Made by a program: the position numbers and the translations under genes | Virus record (IMG/VR): IMGVR_UViG_3300041411_000074 | Span: 1-64,000 of that record | Strand: one strand, 5' to 3' | DNA length: 64,000 bases | DNA from: a virus | Notes under the pieces: model-generated | The model's database searches: none | What the model saw: the letters and a program-made list of their open reading frames with translations, nothing else | What the model was told of the DNA's origin: nothing | In this document: positions 18,273-27,500 of the stretch, one piece after another | How the letters are laid out: each line of letters opens with the position of its first letter | Numbering within the stretch: the first letter of the stretch is position 1

Positions 18273-19092
18273 GATGATTAGAGCACAGGAAATTGAGGAA
18301 CTCATTGCAGAACAACAAGCTGACCTTGCTGCACAGGAAAAGTCAGAGAATTCTGAGGAGGAAGAATGAAGGAATTAGATTATGATGAACGATATGAAGA
18401 TTACTTAGCCATCGTTGAACACTGTTTCGATGTTGAGCCAATGTGGTGTTATGATCTAGACTTGGAATACATGCAAGGAGAAATGATTTGAATTTACCAC
18501 CAAATACAAACCCAGAGCTTGCACAAAAGTTCAAAGATTTTAAAGATAGTATTGAGTTTAGTAGTAAGACATGTAAATCTAAGATCTACGGACCAACAGG
18601 CTTCCTAGTTTGGGAGGAGGCAGAAGAAGATTACCAAAAACGTATGAATGAACTATTCTACGAAGTTAAATAAGGAGAATAAAATGCCACTATACATGTT
18701 GGTTATAGTTGACTTCGGACACCGTGAGAATGTTGGCTTGTTTGACACACAGGCTAAAGCAATGGCTTTGCAGACAAGTTTGGAACTAGAACTGTTTGAC
18801 TCTGGTACTCTTTGTGGTATTAGTTTTTACACTGAGGAGCACTTTGTTAAATGAATTACGAACAAGATAAAATTGAAGACCTTGAATCATCGATGGAATT
18901 GTGGTTGATGGGTAATGCGGAAAATGCTGTAGAAACATTTGGAGAGGATATTGTAGCTGCAATTAATGAAGTTCTAGATCATGAGTGATTATGATATTTT
19001 CTTAGACCAACAGCTTGAAGATTACTATGAAGGTTTCGAAGAGGAAGCTGAAGAGCCTGAATGGGACGGACCATATCCAGAGGATGAGTATT

Positions 19093-19380
19093 ATGAGTAC
19101 GACTGAGAAGAAAGTTAAAGAGTTGAAAATCACCACAGTCGATTATAAAACTTATACTGACTACGAGTTTATACCTCCGGGATTGTGGATGATGCAAAAT
19201 GCAATTGGAGATTATATTTTTATCAGCACAAGCAGCAGGCAAGAGGCACAGGACTGGGTAGACTCTAATTATCCGCCGAAAGGGAAATATAAAGTAACTG
19301 CCACCAAGATGATTACTACAAAACCTAAAAGTGAGAGTGGAAATTTATCTTGCACTGGAACAGCCACTAGAAAGAAATAG
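19093..19380 (+). CDS. Hypothetical protein
   Basis: Start moved to MSTTEKK; basic protein. Confidence 0.55.
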   Translation: MSTTEKKVKELKITTVDYKTYTDYEFIPPGLWMMQNAIGDYIFISTSSRQEAQDWVDSNYPPKGKYKVTATKMITTKPKSESGNLSCTGTATRKK

Positions 19381-19389
19381 GAGAGCAAC

Positions 19390-19602
19390 ATGGAATACAC
19401 AATCACATACAATGACAAAGAACAGAAGTTTGAAATGAACGGTGTACTGGAGATGTGGGTAGGTAACCATCTCTACACAATTGCAAAAGAAAATAACGTA
19501 ACGACTATTGCAGACTCCGAAAGTCACCACTTGGCAATTCTTGGCGCACACGGGATTAAGGTCAATCTTCTTGAGGAAGACGGTTCACGGATGGAGTGGT
19601 GA
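19390..19602 (+). CDS. Hypothetical protein
   Basis: SD AGGAG. Confidence 0.6.
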   Translation: MEYTITYNDKEQKFEMNGVLEMWVGNHLYTIAKENNVTTIADSESHHLAILGAHGIKVNLLEEDGSRMEW

Positions 19603-20096
19603 TGAGCAAAGAATATTCACTCTACATGGACATTGCTCTACGAGCTGCACAAGATAGTCATGCAGTCAGGAAGAAGGTTGGGTCAGTAATTTTAACTAAA
19701 AGTCGTGGTTTGTATGTAGGTTACAATGGGACACTTCCCGGAATGAGCAACACTTGCGAGGAGAAGATCTACAATAATGGTGCAGGTGGTTGGATGGATG
19801 AGGTTTCTTTTAAAGAAGTCTATCCTTACGAAGATGAGAATGGACATTACAAACTGAAAACTTTGGAAGGTGTAGTCCACTCGGAAATCAACTCACTGTG
19901 CAAGATGTTGAAAGAGGGTGTTAGTGCTGAAGGAGCTACAATCTTTGTAACATTGTCTCCATGTGCAACTTGCAGTTCAATTATCGCTTCCAGTGGGATT
20001 AAAAAGGTTGTATACTACGAGGAATACAGAGATACCAAGGGTATTGAGATGTTGAGAGATTTTGGTGTGCAGGTAGAGCAGTATGAACCGACTTAA
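19602..20096 (+). CDS. dCMP deaminase
   Basis: KVG.V...GYNG, HSEIN and SPCATC zinc-binding motifs. Confidence 0.9.
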   Translation: MSKEYSLYMDIALRAAQDSHAVRKKVGSVILTKSRGLYVGYNGTLPGMSNTCEEKIYNNGAGGWMDEVSFKEVYPYEDENGHYKLKTLEGVVHSEINSLCKMLKEGVSAEGATIFVTLSPCATCSSIIASSGIKKVVYYEEYRDTKGIEMLRDFGVQVEQYEPT

Positions 20097-20421
20097 ACCT
20101 GAGAACGGTTCATTTGATAACGTCGTGAGGGAATGTTTTAAGAAGAATAAAAACTCTTGTATTAGCTTCTTTTTAAGCTCATCATACTGTTACTACATCC
20201 TCTACCAGTCACTGATGACAGATGGAGCCTTTGACAAAATGTGCAAGTGGATGCTTGAGAATTACGATAGCTTGGAACATGAACACAAGGATCTTGTAAC
20301 AAAGGAAATGCTATCTGCGGGAAGTGGATATAATATCCCATATGATGGGTATCCACTCAGGGTGCAGAATTCAGCAAGTTATTTTATTGAAGCTTTATAT
20401 AAATCTAAAGGAGAAAATTAA
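20083..20421 (+). CDS. Stand-alone NAD-ligase subdomain Ia-like protein
   Basis: SYCYYILYQSLMTDGAFDKMCKWM matches the YY......sD..yD pattern of LigA subdomain Ia. Confidence 0.6.
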   Translation: MNRLKPENGSFDNVVRECFKKNKNSCISFFLSSSYCYYILYQSLMTDGAFDKMCKWMLENYDSLEHEHKDLVTKEMLSAGSGYNIPYDGYPLRVQNSASYFIEALYKSKGEN

Positions 20422-20846
20422 TGCACACATCAGAAAGCCTGTGGGATTCAGAAGAGATTATTGACACTAAAAATCTCCAGTTTTTCAGCCTATGTCAAGT
20501 TATGGCTGCACTACATTACGAATATGTAGAATATCGTTCTTGTGCTTCACGGTTTGAAAGTAAACACCACTCCAATAAAGGGCGTGAAGTGTTGTCGATT
20601 TCTTCATGTATTACACTCTATAACGGTAATAGTGCAAAGTGTGTGTTTGGTCGTCCACCAAGTAAGTTGAATATCTGGTGCTTCTCGGATTATGCGATTG
20701 CACAAGCTAAGGCTGCTCGTATTGTAAAGCAGGTTAAACTTCAATATTGCCGACAGACAAAACAGTTGCTAGTGCAAGATCATCGAGTTCAGTTCGTTCT
20801 TAGTTCTTATAAGAATCTTTTCCTTAACAATAAATATCTGGGGTGA
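20421..20846 (+). CDS. Hypothetical protein
   Basis: SD AAGGAG; coupled. Confidence 0.6.
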   Translation: MHTSESLWDSEEIIDTKNLQFFSLCQVMAALHYEYVEYRSCASRFESKHHSNKGREVLSISSCITLYNGNSAKCVFGRPPSKLNIWCFSDYAIAQAKAARIVKQVKLQYCRQTKQLLVQDHRVQFVLSSYKNLFLNNKYLG

Positions 20847-21987
20847 GTCATGGACAGAGCAATTATCTATATGTTCTCCGACTCTTCATGGATGTATGCG
20901 TGTGAGTTCAATCCAAGGTTTCATTCGGAAAAGGGTAAGTACCACGAAATCATCGTCGGTCGTGGCTGGAGTAGTCGTGAAGTTGACGAAATGATTAAAC
21001 CGTACTATGAAGAAAATGCATCAACAATCTTTGATCAATAGAAATTTATAAGGCTCTTAGGCTCTTGTCTCGGGGCTTTTCTTTTGCCATAATGAATTAC
21101 AAATTTAGAGGAGGTTTTATGAAAACTTTATTGATTGTTCTAAGTATTTGCTCAGCTTTAGTGGTAATATTCACTATAACAAACTTGACGTGGCCTACAG
21201 CAATTGCTATTAGTGTCTACGGTGTATGTCAATACTGTATCGGACTGTGTGATAATGAATAAACAGAAAGAAAAGCTAAAGAAAGACCTAGAACTAATCC
21301 ACCGCCACCTAACACGGGCAGAAGTTGTGATGGAAAAGATAGCCACAAAACTTGGCATTGACAGACACGAATACTTAGAGAAAACTCTATACGAAGTGGA
21401 AGAGTTGCTGAAAATGTTTGAAGACAACGGACCACCAAAGACCCACTAGGCCTTGTTTAGTTACTTAGTGGACATCATAAAGACTTTTAGAGAACATTTG
21501 CAATGGTAGGATTAGTTAAACAACGTCTAGCTTGGGAAGCAGAATTTGCATTAGGTGCTGAGCCGGACTTTGTGGCTTTTAAAGAGTATAAAGAAAAGAG
21601 ATTGTCTGAAGATTTCAGGCTGTCAAGTTATATGGAAAAGCATTTTGAATACGTGATTAATTTAGAACGAAGACTGAAGGAGAAAGAAGATGAGTAATAA
21701 TGATAAATGGTTCTTTGGGTTTATTACGTTGTGGATTGTTTTGACAACAGGTACACCAGATGTAGTTGATGCAGTGACTGTTAGATTGATGGGTAGTCAG
21801 TGTACTTATGATGCTTATAAAGGAGTTAAACCGTGAGTAACGAGGAAAAGAAAGGCTTAATTAATGATTTCTTGGTATGGGCACAATACAACAGAAGTAC
21901 ACAGCTTCAATACATGCCAGAATGGGATACTGAATATTATGGTGTGGATCAAGAAGAATTGATTGATGAATATCTGAAGGAGGAGCT

Positions 21988-22368
21988 ATGACTAACCCGA
22001 ATTTTGCACCAATCACAGACGCTCAACGAGAACAGGCTAAACAACAACGGCTAGTTGACCAAGAGTTTGCCCGTAATAATCTTAAAGTAATTTACACCGA
22101 CCAGCCGCACTGGGTAACACTAGCTTCTAAATATAATTGTAAACTGCCAATGTGGTGGAAGCCCTCAAGTGATGTGAAATACCTACGCCGGGTGGCAAAG
22201 AAAGCTAATTTTGATTTGAATGTCTTTGTAGAAAGTACAGGCTGTTCTAACATCAAAGAATATGCTGAATTAAACTCAAATTGGAGTGTGCTTGGGCTAG
22301 TTGGGACACTACTTGAGTTCATTGATGAGCAAAAGACGTCAGAATCCAAGCAATATACAATAAGTTAA
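21988..22368 (+). CDS. Hypothetical protein
   Basis: SD AGGAGG. Confidence 0.65.
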   Translation: MTNPNFAPITDAQREQAKQQRLVDQEFARNNLKVIYTDQPHWVTLASKYNCKLPMWWKPSSDVKYLRRVAKKANFDLNVFVESTGCSNIKEYAELNSNWSVLGLVGTLLEFIDEQKTSESKQYTIS

Positions 22369-22478
22369 GGGAGTTTTAGGTGTAAGAAACAACGTTCTCT
22401 ACCCCAAAGCTGTGAGACTAAGGTTGTAAAGACACGAAGTTTCTGCTACGATATATTCCCAATGAAAGGAGAAATAAA

Positions 22479-22790
22479 TTGAAACTAACAAACGAAGACA
22501 TCAATAGCTCCATTGATAATCTGAAAGCAGCTCAAAGTGAGTTGTCTGCTGTTATTAGTTATGTACAAAATAAATGTAATCACACAAACATAGCTGAATG
22601 TGATTACCAACCAAGTGAATTCTTCAACGCTCTTGCACCAATGCGTGTATGTTTAGATTGTGGTCTATCTGAAGAAGGCTGGGGTTGTGGTTTTCAAGTG
22701 TTGCGTGAAAAGGTTGCAGGGTTGACACCAAGGAAAATTAGTAGGGATGACTTGTACGCAATTCGCTGTGGTAAGCATATTACTCAATAG
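22479..22790 (+). CDS. Hypothetical protein (C.H...CxxCG)
   Basis: SD AAGGAG with TTG start. Confidence 0.6.
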   Translation: MKLTNEDINSSIDNLKAAQSELSAVISYVQNKCNHTNIAECDYQPSEFFNALAPMRVCLDCGLSEEGWGCGFQVLREKVAGLTPRKISRDDLYAIRCGKHITQ

Positions 22791-23146
22791 GAGAATTAAA
22801 ATGTTAATAATCTTATATCTCGCAATATCTTTGGTGATGTTCTACCACGAAGTATTAGATTCATACAGATGTAAAGTTAAAATTGATTTTGTAAGGAGTG
22901 TATCCTTCTCTCTTTTGTGGCTGATCAGTATCCCCTTCTCCACTTACCTGATGTGGAAGGAACTGAAATGACCAAACAATATTCCTACGACAGAGAAGTG
23001 ATTAAAGACTTCATCCAGTTCTTGTCAGATGAGCATAAGTGTGCGGTAGTTTGCTTCCCAGATGAATTTGCAGCTAATAGTTATGTCAACTATCGTTTTG
23101 TTAACGTTTCAGAAATATTAGAAGAGTTTATTGAGGGGAGAAAACA

Positions 23147-23983
23147 GTGAGCATTCAAATGCAAAACCAAACAACAATGTTGGGGAATCAGTCCATATAC
23201 GTCTCAATTAAGCCGGGGAAGGTTGGGACTGTCCCACTTTTGATAATGAACGGTATAGGAGCGAATACTGGTCTGCTGACTCCGTTTGTTGAAGCTATGC
23301 ACGAATCAAATCCTGATATCGAGGTTATTACTTTTGATGTACCGGGGTGTGGAGGTTCTTCTACCCCTTCGCTGCCATATAGGTTTAGCGGCTTGGCTAA
23401 AATAGTTTCACAAATGTTAGACTATTTGAACTATGCACAAGTTGATGTACTTGGACTTAGTTGGGGTGGATTTTTGGCAACCCAGTTTGCTTATGATTAT
23501 CCTCAGCGTTGTAAGAAACTAATTCTATGTGCTACAGCAACAGGAGTTACCAGTATTCCACCCAGTATGAAAGTACTTTCTCTAATGGCTTCACCTAGAC
23601 GTTACTCTGATTCAGCTTACATGGTTGAGATTGCACCTTTGATCTACGGTGGAAAATTCCGCTCTGATCCTGAACTAGCAATTAAGTACGCACAGAAGAT
23701 GGAAGCTAACAGATCTGAGAATAAAGCTAACGCAACTGGCTATAAGTTTCAACAGCTAGCAATTTGTTGGTGGAGTAGTTTGTGGATGTTTCCTTACATT
23801 AAACAGTCTACACTTTTGATTGGTGGTAGTGATGATCCAATCATACCGCTGGTGAATATGAAGATTATGAAAGGGATGATCCCTAATTCTAAACTTCATG
23901 TGGTGGATGATGGACATCTTTTCCTTCTTTGTTCAACTGACGTGGTAACGCCTATTATTACTAAATTCTTGGAAGTGTCATGA
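23147..23983 (+). CDS. phaZ: Poly(3-hydroxyalkanoate) depolymerase, intracellular mcl-PHA type (alpha/beta hydrolase)
   Basis: Colinear with Pseudomonas PhaZ as I recall it: PLLIMNGIGAN, FDVPG.GGSSTP..PYRF.GLAK, GLSWGG (Ser), YPQRCKKL, MASPRRY, IAPLIYGG, DDPIIPLVNM (Asp), DDGHLFL (His). SD GAGGGGAG. Confidence 0.9.
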   Translation: MSIQMQNQTTMLGNQSIYVSIKPGKVGTVPLLIMNGIGANTGLLTPFVEAMHESNPDIEVITFDVPGCGGSSTPSLPYRFSGLAKIVSQMLDYLNYAQVDVLGLSWGGFLATQFAYDYPQRCKKLILCATATGVTSIPPSMKVLSLMASPRRYSDSAYMVEIAPLIYGGKFRSDPELAIKYAQKMEANRSENKANATGYKFQQLAICWWSSLWMFPYIKQSTLLIGGSDDPIIPLVNMKIMKGMIPNSKLHVVDDGHLFLLCSTDVVTPIITKFLEVS

Positions 23984-24381
23984 TAATTGAATATGCTAAA
24001 ACACTCTCACCTCCGATGTGCGGGCAATACCCTGAAAAGATATGGGTATTCGGTGATAACATGAAAGCATTTGGTAAGGGTGGACAAGCCATAATCCGTG
24101 ACGAGCCTAATGCTTTCGGCATCCCAACTAAACGATATCCTTCTTGGGATGATTGGGCATTCTTTAGTGACCAACCAGATGAAATTGAAGCTGTAAAGGA
24201 ATCGTTACGTGAGTTGTGGAAGCTTTCACAAGACAAAGTGATTGTATTCCCTGAAGATGGGATTGGGACAGGAAGGGCTAAGATGAAAGAGAAAAGTCCT
24301 ATTGCTTATAAGCTGATGTGTGATATATTGCGGGAACATTTTGGAATACTCAACGGTGTTACTGATGGAGCGAAATCATGA
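23980..24381 (+). CDS. Conserved phage protein (VFGDN...GGQA..R..PN..GIPTK family)
   Basis: Recurrent phage motif; coupled to phaZ. Confidence 0.7.
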   Translation: MIIEYAKTLSPPMCGQYPEKIWVFGDNMKAFGKGGQAIIRDEPNAFGIPTKRYPSWDDWAFFSDQPDEIEAVKESLRELWKLSQDKVIVFPEDGIGTGRAKMKEKSPIAYKLMCDILREHFGILNGVTDGAKS

Positions 24382-24671
24382 CAGCAAAACAACCAACACC
24401 AATGCCTGAAGGAATCACTAGACCAAAGGCTCCTGCTGCACCACCTAGAAAGCCTGCGTTGGCTAGTCCAAATAACCTAACACTAGAGCAGGCATTTGAT
24501 ATCCTGTTTCAGAAATATAAAGATGCACTTGAGGAGTTGAGTGAGAAATGACTATAGAACGCTGCTCATGTGGAGCTAGGGAGAAGAATAAGTGTAATAA
24601 AGAATCCACACCTATTGATGGTGTAAGGTATGGTAAAATTTGCGTGAAGGAATTAAAAGAGGAGAGTAAGA

Positions 24672-25145
24672 ATGTTAGTTGAAATGGATAAAGGAATGCT
24701 GTCTGCACTAATCAAGGGTTGTGACCCTGCCTATGAGATTATGGATCACCCACTGATTAAGTCTAAAGGCTATTACACTGGTGGACACTGCGACAGATGG
24801 AACTGGAATAGTTCTTTTGGAGATTGTACAGAGGAACAGTTGTGGGAGACGTATCAGTTACTGAATAATCCAGTTCCATACAAGAGGCGTCCCAGCATGG
24901 CTGGACCATGTTCTGCTTCTGAACTCTATAAACGCCTTATGGAACTGGAAGGTGTAGAATATGTTTTGATTGAAGATCATTATAACCTGTCAGTTACTAT
25001 TACAGTGGTTGGCGGCAAGGATCAAGAGATTGCCGATACGCTTGCAAGCTCCCTCGCTATGATGACTAAGACACTAGGCGAATATCAGGTTGTTGCAAGT
25101 GGTAAAATGAATTGGACATTTCGAATTAATCGGGAGATAAAATAA
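24672..25145 (+). CDS. Hypothetical protein with C-terminal baseplate-J-like segment
   Basis: LMELEGVEYVLI...ITVVGGKDQEIADTL...F.INR. Confidence 0.6.
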   Translation: MLVEMDKGMLSALIKGCDPAYEIMDHPLIKSKGYYTGGHCDRWNWNSSFGDCTEEQLWETYQLLNNPVPYKRRPSMAGPCSASELYKRLMELEGVEYVLIEDHYNLSVTITVVGGKDQEIADTLASSLAMMTKTLGEYQVVASGKMNWTFRINREIK

Positions 25146-25411
25146 TGGAACACGTTAAACAGTTAATTGAATCCATTCCGGGTGTTGAGTTCGTGCATGT
25201 CACAACTAATCGTACGTGGGATGCGGACAAGAAAACAGGACTGATTCCACAAAGCTTTAAAATATATGTGTTAGGTGGAAAGAAGAAAGAAATTGCACAA
25301 ATGATATGGAACAACAAGCCTATTGGTGTATTGTCTCAGGGTAATACTAAAGTGAAAGTTAAAGATTCGCTTGGATTCAAGCACATGATTAGTTTTGAGA
25401 GGCTTCTGTGA
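25145..25411 (+). CDS. Stand-alone baseplate-J-like domain
   Basis: IPGV..V.V..N.T..D..GL.P.SF..YV.GG...EIAQ.IW..KP.G...GN..V.V.DS.G....I.F.R pattern of myophage baseplate J. Confidence 0.7.
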   Translation: MEHVKQLIESIPGVEFVHVTTNRTWDADKKTGLIPQSFKIYVLGGKKKEIAQMIWNNKPIGVLSQGNTKVKVKDSLGFKHMISFERLL

Positions 25412-25519
25412 CTAAATTCGAACAAGCTAGGCAAAGAGCACGCGAGTTAGATAAACTCCATCCTGACTTGATTCACATGGTTGGGATTAGGTATCTGATT
25501 ACTAGAGTGAGGAAATATA

Positions 25520-25768
25520 GTGAACCAAACAATTGAAGAAAGATTTCAGTCAATAGAAGACCAACTTAAAGCAATTAGGAAAGAGCTGGAGGAGAGTTTG
25601 GCGAGGTATTATACTCCGTATAAGAACAAACACTATCCATTTAACGCGGATCTAGATCCTAGGACTGCTACAGGATATGGCCTAAGATATCTTGCACAAG
25701 AAGCTGGTGTAGACTTTGATCCGCTAGATACTGATGAACAAGTGAGAAATAAATTGGGGAACAAATAA
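25520..25768 (+). CDS. Small protein with baseplate-wedge-like motif
   Basis: LDPRTATGYGLRYLAQEAGV...DTDEQVR. Confidence 0.55.
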   Translation: MNQTIEERFQSIEDQLKAIRKELEESLARYYTPYKNKHYPFNADLDPRTATGYGLRYLAQEAGVDFDPLDTDEQVRNKLGNK

Positions 25769-26105
25769 TGAAAGCGTATCAAGTAGTATTGGTTGATGGT
25801 GATGGGGCAAGTTTTGAAGAGTTCGTAACTCCTAAAGTGTTTATTGACAAGACAAAGGCTGAAGCTTACAAACAGTTCTTTATTGATGAGGATGCTGGTT
25901 GGTGGAAAGTTTATGTTAAGGAAGTGAAGTTGGTAGAATGAAACCAATAATCCTTAAAACACCAGAAGGACTATATGTCTGTGAAATCCCTATTGAGAAT
26001 GAACCAGAAGACGGAGCATCTGATAGAGAGTGGTGGATATGGGCAGCGACTGGAGTAGGGGCAAGTACGGTGGTGTAACCACATCCCTGTAGAGGCTTAT
26101 GATAG

Positions 26106-26576
26106 TTGGGTGAAGGATTGGGAGGAGATGGTGTGAGCAGCTTTAAAAGAGAAGAACGTTACATTGTACTAAAGCTAAGTGATCTTACAGATGATGAGTA
26201 TAATCACATTGAAGATTACCTTGAAAAATGTATGATTGAACGCCGAGAGTGTGTTGTGGTAGAATCTGACTGGCCTATTTACGACGAGGTCTGGAAAATG
26301 ATTGAGAAGATTGAAAATGAAGAGAGAAAAGTTTTGATGGGCGAGGTATCAGTGGAAGACCAAGCAGTATCATCATTTGCAGAGTTTGATATCATGAATC
26401 AATGTGATCCTGAAATTTTCACTGCTAAAGATTGGGAAGAATCTGTTCAAAAAGGTTGGTATAATCAGGGTGACGGACGAGCATTGTGGGGGACAAGTAC
26501 ACACTACAACTACGATCATTCTGGATTTAGTAGTCAGCCCGCTAACGCAACACATGTCCATTGGTTTCCTAAATAA
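26106..26576 (+). CDS. Hypothetical protein
   Basis: FKREERYIVLKLSD...CVVVESDWP.Y..VW pattern common in phages; true start probably the GTG behind GGAGGAG. Confidence 0.65.
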   Translation: MGEGLGGDGVSSFKREERYIVLKLSDLTDDEYNHIEDYLEKCMIERRECVVVESDWPIYDEVWKMIEKIENEERKVLMGEVSVEDQAVSSFAEFDIMNQCDPEIFTAKDWEESVQKGWYNQGDGRALWGTSTHYNYDHSGFSSQPANATHVHWFPK

Positions 26577-26591
26577 AACTTGGTGTTTAAA

Positions 26592-26801
26592 ATGATTAAA
26601 CCAGAAGACCTAGAAATCAGCACATACCCACCCTATAAAACTGGTGGGCAACATGTAGGACTTACTCATAGTGGTGTGTTGATTGTACATATACCCACAG
26701 GACTTGGTGTTGTGTCTATTACTGAGAGAAGTCAATATAGAAATAAAGAGAGGGCTTTGACAATGTTGGAAATATTGGTTGAATTGGAGGGTACAGAATG
26801 A
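26592..26801 (+). CDS. Minimal class-I release-factor (RF-1/GGQ) domain protein
   Basis: EDLEISTY....GGQHV....SGV.I.HIPTG..V....RSQYRNKERAL..L. Confidence 0.85.
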   Translation: MIKPEDLEISTYPPYKTGGQHVGLTHSGVLIVHIPTGLGVVSITERSQYRNKERALTMLEILVELEGTE

Positions 26802-26930
26802 ATAGGTTTGAGGAAGCTAAAGCAAGAGCTAGAGAGTTAGATAAATTACAGCCTGAATACTCACATGCTGTCGGTATAAACTACGATATTGTCAGGTGGA
26901 GAAACCACAAAGATGAAAAAGAGGAGACTT

Positions 26931-27464
26931 ATGGCACGACTAGCAAAGAAGACTGACAATGAGATTGTAGCTGAGTGGCTTATTGAGCATCGTTGGAAAG
27001 AAACACTAAACTCTGATACTAAGCAAAAGATGCCAGCCTTCGTGGAGGAGGCTGTGTGGGCTGCTGTCTATATTGTAGCTGGTACACACAACGGTAAAGT
27101 TAATATCAGTCCAAAGCTTGTATTCAAGTGCCTCATGCTTGATCCAATTACTTCTGAATCTGTTAAGACAAGAGAGGTGGGATATGCCATGGGAGATAGT
27201 ACAGCAAGGCGACTGGCACAAACAGCTAGGTTTGCACTCAAAGGGATTCAAGGTCGAATAGAGGCATACCAACAACAAATACCAGAAGAGGTTTTGAGGG
27301 TTAAAGAAATGGAACGTAAGTTTGTGATTGCTTATTACACAGGGTTTGATAGTCCACTTTATTCTGAACCACTGCCTCCTATACCTAGTGAGATTATGCA
27401 GCTTAGATCAGAGGGTAAGTATCTAGAATATGGTGAAGCTGTAAGGGAGTTCCGAAGTAAGTAA
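26931..27464 (+). CDS. Hypothetical protein
   Basis: Start MARLAKK behind SD GAGGAG. Confidence 0.65.
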   Translation: MARLAKKTDNEIVAEWLIEHRWKETLNSDTKQKMPAFVEEAVWAAVYIVAGTHNGKVNISPKLVFKCLMLDPITSESVKTREVGYAMGDSTARRLAQTARFALKGIQGRIEAYQQQIPEEVLRVKEMERKFVIAYYTGFDSPLYSEPLPPIPSEIMQLRSEGKYLEYGEAVREFRSK

Positions 27465-27500
27465 TTACGCTCGGAGTATAGTAGAGATAATTTAAGTTGA

